Assembly (NCBI GenBank): GCA_963727895.1 | Contig: CAVSHT010000004.1 | Span: 160,001 to 224,000 of the forward strand | Direction: 5' to 3' | Source of the DNA: an uncultured Methanosarcinaceae archaeon | GTDB lineage: Archaea > Halobacteriota > Methanosarcinia > Methanosarcinales > Methanosarcinaceae | Length of the DNA: 64,000 nucleotides | Shown: piece after piece, positions 20,690 to 32,564 of the stretch | Numbering within the stretch: position 1 is the stretch's first letter | Layout of the letters: every line of letters starts with the position of its first letter | Made by a program: the position numbers and the translations under genes | Notes under the pieces: model-generated | What the model was told of the DNA's origin: nothing | Seen by the model: the letters and a program-made list of their open reading frames with translations, nothing else | Database searches by the model: none

Positions 20690-21546
20690 GGTTCTGTTGC
20701 AAAAAATCATAATAAGGATTCAATTGAATAAGGAGAAAATCAATAGAACGATAATATGCTATCTAATTCCTTTAAGTGGAAACATTACGAAGGAGAAATC
20801 ATTTTATTAAACGTCAGATGGTACCTAAAATATCCAGTAAGTTATAGAAATTTAGAGAAAATGATGGCAGAGAGGGGAGTAGAAGTTGATCACAGTACTA
20901 TCATGAGATGGGTACATCAATACTCTCCTGAAATCGAAAAGAAGGTAAGAAGGCATTTAAGACCAACAAACGACTCTTGGAGAGTTGATGAAACTTACAT
21001 CAGAGTTAAAGGTAAATGGAAATATTTTTACCGAGCAGTTGACTCAAATGGAGATACAATTGATTTCATGTTAAGTGCAAAACGAGATCAAAAAGCAGCA
21101 AAACGTTTCTTTAAGAAAGCTTTGAATTCTAATCATAATCAAATTCCAAGAGTAATCACAGTTGATAAAAATCCAGCTTATCCACCTGCTATAGATAAAC
21201 TGAAAAATGATAAAATACTACCTATAAACGTAGGCATTCGACAAATCAAGTATTTGAATAACATTATAGAACAAGATCATAGATCCATTAAACGAATAGT
21301 TAATCCAATGTTAGGATTTCAGTCTTTTAACACAGCTATTAAGACTTTAAAAGGAATTGAAGCTATGAATATGATTAAAAAAGGACAAATCAAAAACCTA
21401 AATTACTCTGGCTTTAATGAAGCTAAATATATTAATCAATTATTTGGAATAGTTCTATAATATTGACACATCTTTTTGAATATTTGTACTTTTGGTTATT
21501 GATTATGGATTTACATGCTTATTCTGAGATTTTTTGCAACGGAACC
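20690..21546 (+). mobile_element. IS6-family element with intact 234-aa transposase (20756-21460)
   Basis: Both IRs; uninterrupted DDE transposase ORF. Confidence 0.96.
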
Positions 21547-21890
21547 GAAAGGTCAGTACGGTTTATAGGAAAAGGTTTGCTATTGAATCTTCCTACAGGA
21601 TGAGGAATATAGTTAAGCCAAAGACCTCATCAAAAAACGCTATTATCAGGTATTTTTATGCAATGATATCTTTTCTCCTAAAAAATACATGGTTATACAT
21701 TCAGAAAAAACATTTTACAATCGTCAAGAGAGGACCACAGGTGATAGATGAGGATAAATTCAGATTTGAAGTATTTATACTTCTGATTGAGGAATGGCTC
21801 AGACAGAAGTTAAGAGTAAGGACAATAGTAAGGTGTTTGAGATAAGTGGAGGAAAAGGAAAAGTGGAGGAAAGATTTTAGCGAACTACTG
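21547..21890 (+). mobile_element. ISH3-family 3' remnant
   Basis: YRKRFAIESSYR...IRYFY...LLKNTW C-terminus; terminal ..CTACTG (CAGTA-type IR). Confidence 0.75.
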
Positions 21891-22375
21891 AACTTCGTCA
21901 TTTCACCGTATTTTTGAACTATTTCTCCGTCTAATTCTTCCATGAAATTCGGGTTTTGTGATATGAAATATCTGAAATCTTCAGCAACAATCAAATCATT
22001 ATAAAAGTTACAAATTTTTATCGACAGATTGTAATCCAATTTGGGTAGATCATGTTGGTATATAAAATATAAACCAGTTTTTATGTTGTAAAATGGATAA
22101 GGAGGGTAATGCGGTGTTGGAGTGTTCCCGATATTTTCCTTACAAAATGTTGTAGATTTTTCCTCGGTGTAAAGTTTATAAGCAGTGAAAAAATATGGAG
22201 AATTCTGTATAGTTTTAATGTCTAGCTTAAAAGCTTTGGCAACATTTTTTGTTTCGTTTTTTAATTGGGTTTTAATCGCATTTTGTGAACCAAGATACGA
22301 CCAATACCCTCCCACACACGCTCCTATTAATACAAGAATTGCGAGTATGAAATCTGTAAAAGAAAATTCTGACAT
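21891..22375 (-). pseudogene. Hypothetical membrane-anchored protein, 3'-truncated by the ISH3 remnant
   Basis: N-terminal TM helix; the ORF reads into the IS end. Confidence 0.55.
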
Positions 22376-23196
22376 AAAAATATTAAAGTTATTGTATATT
22401 TAAAAAACTACTGATATTTATTAGAAGACAAGTTAAAGAGAATAACAACAACATTTAAGTAAAGATATTATAAACAGATCTTTTGGAGATCTAAACGTTT
22501 CATGGTAAGAATAACGCAATAACGCCCAAATGGTGAACAACATCAAGACCAAATAAGCAACTAAAGATTAGAGTACTTATTGAGCTTATTACGAATGTAT
22601 TGTAATTAGCTACAAAAAGTGCAACAAAAAAGCCTATGATTTAAATTATTCTAATATCTCCATTCTTTTTTACAAACAATTTAAACTCATCCGCAATAGG
22701 AACTGGATCTATTTTTTTAGTATTGATGTTGGGATATAAAACTCTAACTTTCTCAACGAGCCACCGAAAATACACAATGTTTTGAGATATATTTAAAACC
22801 CCGACAACTACACAATACCCCCAGGATAATTTTTATATAATAGTAATGGGTAATAAGAATCCGGTTGCTTATGAGAAAATACTAAAAGCCTCATTTCACA
22901 CACCAGATTCAAAAGGATTATTATGAAGGATAAGTTTCATCCCCTTCTTCTTGTCCGTTTATAATCGTTTTCTCGTAAGCAACTATCCTTTCCATATTTT
23001 TATAAATCTAAAATTCAGGTATTCCTTATTATAGTCCTGATTGTAAGAAATTCACTTAAATCTCTTAACTGCCCTGTTCTCTCATATATCTGTGTAAATT
23101 TTCCATATAATCTGCTTTTTTTTCAACTTGAATTCAATATAAGACCGAAGAATAAGACCTATTATTTAAATATCGACAGCTCTATTTAGTATCAAG

Positions 23197-24327
23197 ATGA
23201 TCGAGGACGCACTGAGGGTTTTTAAGGAACTTGACTCTAAAGATTTTAGAATTCTTACTGGCATTGAAACCGGTATGAAACATTTTGAATGGGTTCCAAT
23301 AGACGAACTAAACAAGTATACTCGACTGCCTATTGAAAAATTAGAATATAAGCTAAAAAAGCTTGTCCGGAATAAGCTTGTGGTAAGGAATACTCAGCCT
23401 TATGAAGGTTTTCAGATTTACTTTGAAGGATACGATGCCCTTGCTCTCAATGCCTTTGTCAAGCGTAAGAGTATCAGTGCAATAGGAGATGAAATTGGAG
23501 TAGGAAAAGAATCAGTTGTTTACGAAGCGATATTGCCACCTGAGCTCGCAATTGGAGAACCTGTCCCTGTTGTAATCAAGCTCCATAGAGAAGGAAGAAC
23601 AAGCTTCAAGCAAATAAAACGAGTACGTGAACATCTTGGGGAAAGGGAACACTTTTCATGGATCTACGCAGCCAGACTTGCTGCCCAGCGAGAGTACGAC
23701 ATAATGACTACTCTGTATCCTAAAGTCTCTATCCCGAAACCTTTTGACCATAACAGGCATGCAATAGTTATGGAACTTGCAAAAGGCAGCCTTCTCTCAA
23801 AAACAAAACTTACTGATCCAGCATGGTATCTTGATGAAATACTTAAACAGGTGAAAATTACTTATTCATTAGGAATTATCCATGCCGATTTAAGTGAATA
23901 CAACATCTTTGCTTCAGAAGACGGTGTCCAGTTAATAGACTGGCCTCAGTATATTACTCCAGAGCATCCTCATGCTGACGAAATTTTAGAACGAGATATT
24001 TCAAATGTATTGACTCATTTTTTCCGGAAATATGAAATTAAAAGAGATCTTGATGAAACTATCTCTGAAATTAAGAGTGGAATAGGCAAACAAAGTAATA
24101 AAGAAGGTTCAGAAGACAGGGATGAAGTTACTGTAGAAAAATCGGATTTTGAAGAAACTTCAGAAGAAGATTTTGAAGAAGTCTCAGTAGAAGATTTTGA
24201 AGTCGAAAAATTTGATGCAGAAAATTTAGAAGCTAAAGAATTTGAAGCAGAAGAAATTGAGCAAGAAGATCTAGAAAAACAGGATTTCAATAAAAATGAC
24301 TCGAAAAAGGAGACTTCAAAAAAATAA
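23197..24327 (+). CDS. rio2: RIO2 serine/threonine kinase with acidic C-terminal tail
   Basis: Winged-helix N-terminus (GYDALAL); IGVGKESVVY; IHADLSEYNI; IDWPQ. Confidence 0.95.
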   Translation: MIEDALRVFKELDSKDFRILTGIETGMKHFEWVPIDELNKYTRLPIEKLEYKLKKLVRNKLVVRNTQPYEGFQIYFEGYDALALNAFVKRKSISAIGDEIGVGKESVVYEAILPPELAIGEPVPVVIKLHREGRTSFKQIKRVREHLGEREHFSWIYAARLAAQREYDIMTTLYPKVSIPKPFDHNRHAIVMELAKGSLLSKTKLTDPAWYLDEILKQVKITYSLGIIHADLSEYNIFASEDGVQLIDWPQYITPEHPHADEILERDISNVLTHFFRKYEIKRDLDETISEIKSGIGKQSNKEGSEDRDEVTVEKSDFEETSEEDFEEVSVEDFEVEKFDAENLEAKEFEAEEIEQEDLEKQDFNKNDSKKETSKK

Positions 24328-24415
24328 CATATTTTCTTAGTTCTTCAGGTCAAATTATAACAAATAAGAGTAAAATAATAAAAAATAAGAGTTAACCATT
24401 CGGGTATGGAATAAC

Positions 24416-25995
24416 TTAACTGAGAGCTTTTCTTATTTTTCCCATTTTGGTGATGGTTGAGCATACAAGCTGGGAAACTTCTTCATCCATGCAGCTTTCT
24501 TGACTTCCTAATTGAAATAAATCAGACTGCATCATTTCCACAAGGAGGCGGTATGAAGGTTCAGGTTTGGTCTTAATATCAAAAGTATCATTTAGAATTT
24601 CGATGTCTTTGCGAACTTCCTCCTGACATTTCTTAGATAAGAAACGGGAAGCTACATTGAGATCCAGATATCTATATGCAAAATTAAGGTCACCTTCAAG
24701 AGAGGGGAAATATCTTGTGAGCAAGTGTTCACAGGCATTTTCTCCTAATTTTTCTCTTGCTGCTTCAAGGGCACGACCTGTACCTATGAATTCAGGAGGC
24801 AAGCCTATCGAATAGAGCGCACCAGTAAACTTGATTGCCCTTGGAAGTTGAAGGTTTTCAGCAGGGATGCTGGCTTCAAGATCATTTCCTATATCAGTGC
24901 GGCAGAGTTTGATCAGGCTTGAAATATCAGGAGCGCTTCTTGAATAGCCGCCTGTACCTTTATGCATAAGACGATCGCGTTGCTGGGGAAGAAGAGCAGC
25001 TATCTGATTTATTGTAGAAGCCAGTTGTCTGAGTGTCTGGCTGTAACTCGTCCCAAAGATCCCTATCAGGTTTATTATTTCTTCTTTTTCTTCAGCGGAA
25101 GAAAATTCAGGTATTTCAGGAAGCCTGTCTTTTGCAAGTTTTACCAGGGCTTCAGCATCTCCTTTTTTATGGCTGTACCTGAGAGCAGACTGGAGAGTAA
25201 TCGTCCCGACTCCCTGATATTCCCTGAAAAAGTTTTCTGCATTTTTTAAATCAAGGTGCCCTCTGAAAGGAAGCGTTCCTGCACCGAATATGATGCCAGT
25301 TTGGGTTTCGAGTTCGGAATTTAGCTCGCAGACTCCATTTATTGCGTATTTGCATGACAGTGTGCTAGTAACATGTCCAAAGGATAGAGCAGAATCGGAT
25401 TTACCCAGAAATATCCTGAATTTTTCGGGAACTGCTCCAAAGTTCTCTTCCCAGGCAAAAATCGTATTCTTTGCAAGTTCTTTTGCTTGTAGAAGGGCAG
25501 GAGCATCCTCAATAAGAGGAACTATTCGCGGTGCCTCCATTGAGAACCCGAATTCCTTTTTTGCAAGCTCACTTACGTCTACCATTGCTGCTGAGCTTCA
25601 ACTATTTCCTTGACAGTGTCTGTCATTGGATGGATGAACTCGTTGATTGCCTGGACATCTGAGTATTTAAAGGCATTGTAGTTAGCCTCAGCAATTGACA
25701 TCATAACCATGAGCTGCCTGAATCGATTTTCTTGAACTGCGCTAGGAGCTCTTGGAGTGAGGAAAATATCCTTTCCGGGCACAAGGTCTGTCTCTTCTAT
25801 AAGTTTTGACACGATCTGGACATTTTGATGGTAAGGGGTAGCTTTGCCCTCATAATCCGGCATGTACTCGTCACAACCGAATACTGTTGCAGCCTCTATA
25901 GCTTCTTCCGGCTCTTCCTGTGTAGAAATATATTTTGATGCTGAATCTGGGTGCTGAGTACACATTATCTTTGGAAATACAGTTTTTCTGCTCAT
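24416..25995 (-). CDS. ppcA: Archaeal-type phosphoenolpyruvate carboxylase (one frameshift near 25586, possibly an assembly error)
   Basis: MCTQHPDS, DYEGK, RIFLGKSD, GTLPFRG, LPRAIKFTGALYSIGLPPE. Confidence 0.92.
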
Positions 25996-26541
25996 GAAAT
26001 TAAATCCTCACTGCTTACAGCTTAACCTTAATCTAGCTGAGATCGTTATTGATTTTAGTTTGAAGTCCACTACTGATTTTTTTTACTTCAGCTTTCATTG
26101 AATTTATTACTAAATTTGTAATTTTTTACTCAACAGATGAGATATGAAAAATAAATGGGGAAGATAAATTAAATTAGTGTTAACCATTAATTTTAAGCAA
26201 ATCAACATCGATGCATATTGTATACTATATAATAAACGTTTCCGTTTACAATAAGTTGACATTAAGATATGAAGATCACAAAGCTAGTATGACTGTTCAA
26301 AACTACTATGATTTCAGCGTTATCAGATTTAAGTAAAAATTATTCGGTAAGTAGCTTAAATTAAAATTATAAAAATAAAGTTAAAAAGTATGAGACCCGA
26401 AAAATTTGATAGAATTTTTTGCTCGATTGAAGACTATATCAAGTTTTTTCATAAAAAACAAAAATAGATTAAGGAAAGCCAGATAAATATTGGAAGGATA
26501 TCATATTACAGTGAATAGGAGACTTGGAATTCTTGAATCAT

Positions 26542-27276
26542 TTAAAACCTTTTAATTATTCTGATTTCATGGTATCCGCAGTTTCTGCATTTAAAATATC
26601 TGATTTTCTTTCTGAAAAAGTAGTTTAATACATCAATATTTCTGTATTCTTCTACTGTATGTTCTTTCCCACATTCTTCACAGGTATCCTCTGTTGAATG
26701 AATTTGCTTTTTCTCATAGTGATGATCTACAGATTGAGGTTCGATTTTTATGTATTCATACCCACAGTTTCTACAATGCCAGTATTGTGTTAGGGTTTTC
26801 GTATAGGCATCAGCTTTACTCTCTTCTTTTACAAGGGGAGGTTGAAATTCCTCAAAAACGAAATGTTTCTCGCATTTTTCGCAGTAAGAATCCGTACAAT
26901 AATTCATTGTAGCCCTGTAATAACCAAACATGTAAAGAAAAACAACTTCTGATATAATTGTAAGATATTTTCCGGCTGATAAAAAAAAGTTTTCAGATTT
27001 TAGAGAGAAATAACCAGGAGCAAACATCAAAAATAGGAATAACAGCATTGATAAAAGAAGGAGTTTCGAGAACAAACTGGTCCTTTTTTGAATTTTTTCG
27101 ATTCCAAGTTTATTTGCCAGGTTTGTAGCTTCTTCCCTACTTTCAGGACTATATCTTGGATTTAATCTCTGGCTCATTTCTACAATGTCATTTTCAGGGT
27201 CTATTGTGTAGCTGATACCTTTATATGAAACCTGATATGATCCTGATGGAAACCTTATGCGTTTGTCTTTTGCCAA
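26542..27276 (-). CDS. Membrane protein with two TM helices and four CxxC zinc-ribbon motifs
   Basis: CEKC, CRNC, CEEC, CRNC following two hydrophobic helices. Confidence 0.7.
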   Translation of the reverse strand: MAKDKRIRFPSGSYQVSYKGISYTIDPENDIVEMSQRLNPRYSPESREEATNLANKLGIEKIQKRTSLFSKLLLLSMLLFLFLMFAPGYFSLKSENFFLSAGKYLTIISEVVFLYMFGYYRATMNYCTDSYCEKCEKHFVFEEFQPPLVKEESKADAYTKTLTQYWHCRNCGYEYIKIEPQSVDHHYEKKQIHSTEDTCEECGKEHTVEEYRNIDVLNYFFRKKIRYFKCRNCGYHEIRIIKRF

Positions 27277-27651
27277 TAGATCAGCGGTCCGTTTCTGGTT
27301 AGATTAACTGTTATTAATAACTATTTTTATATAACTCCATATATAAAAAAGGTTTTTCCAATCCAGTCCACTCCTTTTTAAAAAAATTTAATTACAAACT
27401 TTTAAGAGAATACTATCATAAATGAAATCTTGTATAGTCTAGTTGCACAACACAAACCTTTTTTGAAAAGATTTGATTTTAATCTTGCTGGTAGAAACTT
27501 TAACCACAAATTTATTCGGTGATATCATGCGATGAAACAATTGAAACTCAAAACTGGCGTTCAAGAAGACTAAAAAATCTAAAGTTAAATGAAATCAAAA
27601 CTAAGAGTCAAAAACTGCTGTCTAATATAAAAGTTATTTAAAAATTAAAGA

Positions 27652-27723
27652 AGCCAAGGTCCGGATTTGAACCAGGACTGAATCGCTCTGCTGGCGATTG
27701 CGTGACCGCTTCGCCACCTTGGC
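27652..27723 (-). tRNA. tRNA-Cys (GCA) with atypical A33
   Basis: GCCAAGG/CCTTGGC acceptor stem, U discriminator, anticodon arm ATCGC-CAGCAGA-GCGAT, TTCAAAT T loop, TTTATATA box upstream. Confidence 0.93.
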
Positions 27724-28178
27724 ATTTTGTATAATCTAATACAGTAAATGAGTATATAAATTTTTAGATTTAAAGGATATTTTCATTCACACAACCAGTT
27801 AATTATAATATAATTTTAGAATTTGAGTTGTTATTAAAACGCTTAATTGTGTCAAGAAGTAGGCTTTTGAATAAGAACACTTGTTTTTAATTCATGAAGA
27901 GGACTAGTCAATAGAGAAATATTGTTCCTCTTTCTCGTTAAAAATAAAGTAAAAGTTAATTTATTATTAGATTATAGTGGGGTCAATTTAATAAGTTGGA
28001 AGAGTGGAGGCTTTTGTTTCAAAAACATACTAAATAAATTAATATACTATGGCATGGTAAGTTTACATGTAAATTTATTATGTACATGTAAGACGAAGAG
28101 GATTTAATTATATAATTTTATGTGAAAATTATTAACTAATATATATTTATTACTAAAAATAAAAAGAAGGATCTGCTT

Positions 28179-28559
28179 ATGACCCGAGTGATGATTGTAG
28201 AAGATGCTGAATTTATGCGAATAGCAATCAAGGATATTCTTTTTAGACATGGGCATGAGGTAGTTGCTGAAGTAGCTGATGAAGAAGAAGCCGTTCAAAA
28301 ATATCTGGAAGTAAAGCCGGATCTCGTTTTAATGGATATAATGGTGCCGGGAAATGTGCCAGATAACATATATTGGAAAACGTTATTTAATGAGTTTCTC
28401 GTTATAGACCATAAAGCAAAAATGGCAATGTTTTCTTCTCTTGGCCATCAGATTTTGATAACGGAATCCATGAAAATAGGCTCGATGGGTTTTATAGTAA
28501 AGTCTTTTGAGTCTGATGGAATATTAGATCTGCTTAGAATAATTGCCGAGCCTAACTGA
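28179..28559 (+). CDS. CheY-like single-domain response regulator
   Basis: VMIVEDAEFMR; KPDLVLMDI (phosphoacceptor Asp); FIVK. Confidence 0.85.
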   Translation: MTRVMIVEDAEFMRIAIKDILFRHGHEVVAEVADEEEAVQKYLEVKPDLVLMDIMVPGNVPDNIYWKTLFNEFLVIDHKAKMAMFSSLGHQILITESMKIGSMGFIVKSFESDGILDLLRIIAEPN

Positions 28560-28671
28560 GTTTTTGAATAAACAGGAACTTAATATAAATGAATAAGACT
28601 CAATAAAACTCTCAGCAAGCTCACAATAAAAACGCAGGGTTTGGCACTTAAATATGGTTTTCTCCTAATAA

Positions 28672-29154
28672 ATAACTATGGTTAATTATCAAAGTCGATA
28701 TTTGGTCAGGAGTTAGAGAACCTAAAAAGTGAAAATGAGATATCTATTGTCGAACTGAATGAAATGCATACTTACATCGGTAACAAAAAAAATATTGTTG
28801 GATCTGGATTGCTATTGATAGAGTTGGGAAAAAGTTTATCAACTGCTTTTTTGGTAACAGAGGAACAGAAACTGGAAAACTACTCTGGGAAAAATTGAAG
28901 AAAATAAACATTGGAGAAGTGATGACCGATCACTGGAGAGCATATGCAGAGTTTCTTCCAGAAAAGATCCATACTCAATCAAAAGCAGAAAAATTTACAG
29001 TTGAAGGATATAACAGCATATTGAGGCACTTTCTGGCAAGATTGAGAAGAAAGAGACAAAGTGTTATACAAAGATATTGAAATGCTAAAGTACTCGGTTC
29101 TTCTATTGATGAAATATAGAAATAAATAACTAGATATATTTAGTTACCAATGCC
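28672..29154 (+). mobile_element. IS1-family partial copy (5'-deleted, decayed)
   Basis: IS1 sequence from ~28699 to the right end at 29154; short inverted left-end-like segment at 28672-28697. Confidence 0.88.
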
Positions 29155-29591
29155 AATTAATTTATTTTAAGCCAATGACCAGAAATTTTTCTGTTTATTC
29201 TTACAAAAAAGTATCTGTTAGATCATACTTCTTCTTTAAATATCATTTAATCATGTTGTGCTCATAGGAAAACTGTATTATTAAGAGTTTACAAGAATAT
29301 TGACAGGTTCTTATCCCGAAAAAAATAGTTTTTGAGAAAACTTGAAATTTCATATTTTATAGAAGTTCTTTTAATTTTTTTATTTAGAAAAATAGGTTTA
29401 TATATAATTTATTCAATTTTACGACTGTCTGATGGTAAATAGCCAACAGACAATAAAAACAAAATGGACTTACGCAATCGTGCTGGAAATTAGTAGAATA
29501 AAGTTTTCGAGCCGCTTAAGTCATAGTCATGAAAGACTTATCCGTGTTTTTTCTTGTACCTCATATGCGCTCGTCCTTAGGAGCATTTTAT

Positions 29592-30452
29592 ATGAAAAAA
29601 TATTTCTTGCTTATGGTGGTTTTACTAGTATTAGGTATACTATTAATGCCTACAACTCTAGCAGAAGGCAATGTAAAAGTTAATGACTTCTCTTCTAATG
29701 TTACAAATGGAACTGTTACATTATATACCAGATTTACTGGCAACGTTTCTGGAAATATTACTAATTGGAAGTTTATATTTACAAATTTAGTAACAGGAAA
29801 TACTACTTACAGTGGTGGAAACGATAATGTAAACATAACAACTCACCACAATATTAAAAGACCTGGTGTTTATAATGTTACATTGCTGGCATGGGGACCC
29901 GATGGAAATGACTCACTTACAAAGGTAGCCTATGTAACTGCCAATATGAATAACTCAAGCACACCAGTTGCAGATTTCAATGTGTCTTCCACTTTGGGAA
30001 ATGCACCATTAAACGTATCATTTACTGATAATAGTAGAAATGCAACTTCCTGGTACTGGAATTTCGGAGATGGAAATAATTCGACCGAAGAAAATCCAAC
30101 TCATAACTACACTGCAGACGGGAACCATACTGTTATCCTGGCAGTAAACAATACAAATGGTTGGAGTGCAAAAACTCAAAACATAACTGTACAAAATGGA
30201 CTCCCTGTAGTTGATTTTAGTGCAGATAATTCCACTGGCTCTGTACAATTTACAGATTTATCTCAAAATGCAACCTCATGGTCCTGGGACTTCGGAGATG
30301 GAGAAATCTCAACTGATGAGAGTCCATTACATACTTATTCCGCAGCTGGAAACTATACAGTAACACTTACAGCAAGCAATGAAAATGGGTCTGTCTCAAA
30401 AGCTAGTACAGTATATTTAACAGACGACGACATTGATAATGAAGATGACTAA
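29592..30452 (+). CDS. PKD-domain cell-surface protein (no C-terminal anchor)
   Basis: Signal peptide; WYWNFGDG, WSWDFGDG, HTYSAAGNYTVTLTASN PKD motifs; paralogue of 33210-34580. Confidence 0.9.
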   Translation: MKKYFLLMVVLLVLGILLMPTTLAEGNVKVNDFSSNVTNGTVTLYTRFTGNVSGNITNWKFIFTNLVTGNTTYSGGNDNVNITTHHNIKRPGVYNVTLLAWGPDGNDSLTKVAYVTANMNNSSTPVADFNVSSTLGNAPLNVSFTDNSRNATSWYWNFGDGNNSTEENPTHNYTADGNHTVILAVNNTNGWSAKTQNITVQNGLPVVDFSADNSTGSVQFTDLSQNATSWSWDFGDGEISTDESPLHTYSAAGNYTVTLTASNENGSVSKASTVYLTDDDIDNEDD

Positions 30453-30689
30453 AAGTAACAAAGTAGCGCATGAAAATATTGCTATTAATGACAATGCACC
30501 TGCCAGATAACGGAAAAAGGATACGAATTTCCTTCAGTTCTTATTGATGACAGGACAATGAGCATTGACATAGAACTCTTTGAACATTCAAAATATCTGG
30601 TAAGGCATATAAGATGTCAGACCAGAAGAATTATCTTTTTTATACCGTTTCAACTTTCGAGAATCTTTACGCGAGATTATTTTTTAACC

Positions 30690-31235
30690 TTATTTTCTGT
30701 CAAAAAAGATATTCTTCCCGGTTACACTCAACGGAATTCCAAAAACAACATCTGCATCCAGCAAGCCTGAAACTCTAGCTGCTGCGCCAATTGAGTACAT
30801 TACTCTGTTGTCAATGCAGAAATCCTTGGCTTTTGCAACGGCTGCACCTATAGCGATTCCCAGGTCTACATATTTGAGCATGCAGTTTGGACCCTTAAAA
30901 TCTACATCTACTTTCTGCTGGTTCAGCATCTCAGCACAGGTTTCAAAACCGCAGGCTCCACAGTTCAAACCTGCAGCTCCACTGGATTTGACACCAATGA
31001 GGACAACAGCTCCTGCATTTCGAAGATTTGCAGCGTCCCTTTTCAGAAAAGCAAAGCTTGAACCCTTTTTATCTGCTAACTTTTCCATACATGAGGCAAG
31101 AGCTTCAATGTCTTCTTTTTCAACAAGGGCAGTTATTATATCATCTACTCCTTTGGCTTTTGGTGCAGTCCGTGCAGCCAGAAGTATGCTCTTTGCAAGT
31201 GTATCAAGAACTTCGGATTCAGGATTGAGAATCAT
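30690..31235 (-). CDS. DUF2148 ferredoxin-like domain protein
   Basis: AARTAPKAKG, LNCGACGFETC, DLGIAIG, DNRVMYSIG, KNIFFDR. Confidence 0.88.
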   Translation of the reverse strand: MILNPESEVLDTLAKSILLAARTAPKAKGVDDIITALVEKEDIEALASCMEKLADKKGSSFAFLKRDAANLRNAGAVVLIGVKSSGAAGLNCGACGFETCAEMLNQQKVDVDFKGPNCMLKYVDLGIAIGAAVAKAKDFCIDNRVMYSIGAAARVSGLLDADVVFGIPLSVTGKNIFFDRK

Positions 31236-31322
31236 GCTCAGGTATTGGAATTGTCTGGGTTTAAGTATTTCGCAACTTTTGAAAATGGCTGGGTTAGAAC
31301 TTTTAAAAAAGCTCATAATCTC

Positions 31323-32564
31323 TTAAAACCTAAAAGATTCCCCGTTTGCGGGCGCATATGCATCCACGCCGATTTCTTCCGAAATCCACTCTGCAAAGCT
31401 TTCGGTTTTGTCTCCATGCATTACAAAAACTCTTTCAGTACCTTTCTTGCAGAAATCCTTTACAACCTTTTTGAGCTCGCTATCTCCGCTGTGGGCGGAA
31501 AAATCATACTGCTCTACTCTGGGCTTGAGCGTAAGAATATCTCCTCTGGTCTCAATAAGTCCGTGCTCAAGAGCCAGCCTGCCGTTTGTGCCTTCAACCT
31601 GGTAGCCTGTAAGCAGGACTTTTGATTTGGGATCTTTGTAAAGCCGGCTCAAGATAATAAAGTACAGGTCCACCATTCAGCATTCCGGCTGTAGTAACAA
31701 TAACTGACGGTTCTTTAAGGACTGAATCCCGATGCTGGTCTTTTACGGAAACCGCACGTCCAAAAGCCCTATCAAGAAGCTCAGGATTTTTAAGATATTC
31801 AGGATATTTTTTAAGGATCTTGTACACATCTCTGCCCATGCCGTCCACATAAGCCCTGATTCCGTGAGCATCAAGGAGCATAAGTATCTCCTGAGTCCTG
31901 CCTATTGCAAAGGCAGGGATAAGAGCAGTGCCTCCCCTATCCAGGTTTCCAGGACCGATTCGATAAACCTTTCTTCGGTTTCTTTTCGCGGGATATGGTC
32001 TTCCCCAAAATACGTGCTCTCAAGAATCAGAGTATCGGCTTCGGGAAATTCAGCAGCCCCGGGCACAAGCCTTGTTTCCTCAAGGTTGAAATCTCCGGTA
32101 TAAAACAGACTTTCTCCGGATTCGGATTCAAGGAAGATACCAGAAGCTCCAGGGATGTGGCCTGCATCATAAAAGCAAATCTTGTACCCATAGCTTTTGA
32201 AAGGCTTATTATAGTCTATTTTTTGTGTTCGCCTGCAAGTTTCTGGAGGTCATCAGGATCAAAAGGAGATACGCCTGACAGTGTGCTTTCTGCAAGTTTC
32301 AGGGTATCTTTGCCGAGCAAGGTAGGTAAACTCTGCAGTCGGCGGGGTCATAAAAACATCAGGATTCTGGTACATCAGGTTGGGTACAGCCCCGCAGTGA
32401 TCAAGATGCCCATGTGAAACAAGCACGACCTTCGGTTCCATGCTATTGAGAGGATATTCTGGAATATCTCCTGTTTTTATCCCGTAATCGAGCAGAACCT
32501 CCCCATTTACAAGCAAACCCGAACGTCCTACTTCCCTGCATCCGCCTTTAAAAGTAAGCTCCAG
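31323..32564 (-). CDS. Beta-CASP metallo-beta-lactamase fold ribonuclease (several frameshifts; probable CTG start)
   Basis: GGCREVGRS, SHGHLDHCG, AGHIPG, TTAGMLNGGP, TGYQVEGT, FSAHS, VMHGD spread over different frames. Confidence 0.85.

Noticed and set aside
15123..21546. Inverted IS6 pair as a recent inversion or composite transposon
   Set aside because: None of the four 8-bp flanks match directly or as reverse complements.
6389..22963. Shared 13-mer TTGTCCGTTTATA (near 6389 and 22951) as attL/attR
   Set aside because: Short, not tied to a tRNA end or to clear island borders; may be chance.
26513..26535. GAATAGGAGACTTGGAATTC resembling the loop and 3' arm of the two-copy RNA
   Set aside because: Lacks the 40-nt conserved block and the 5' arm, so it cannot be supported as a third copy.
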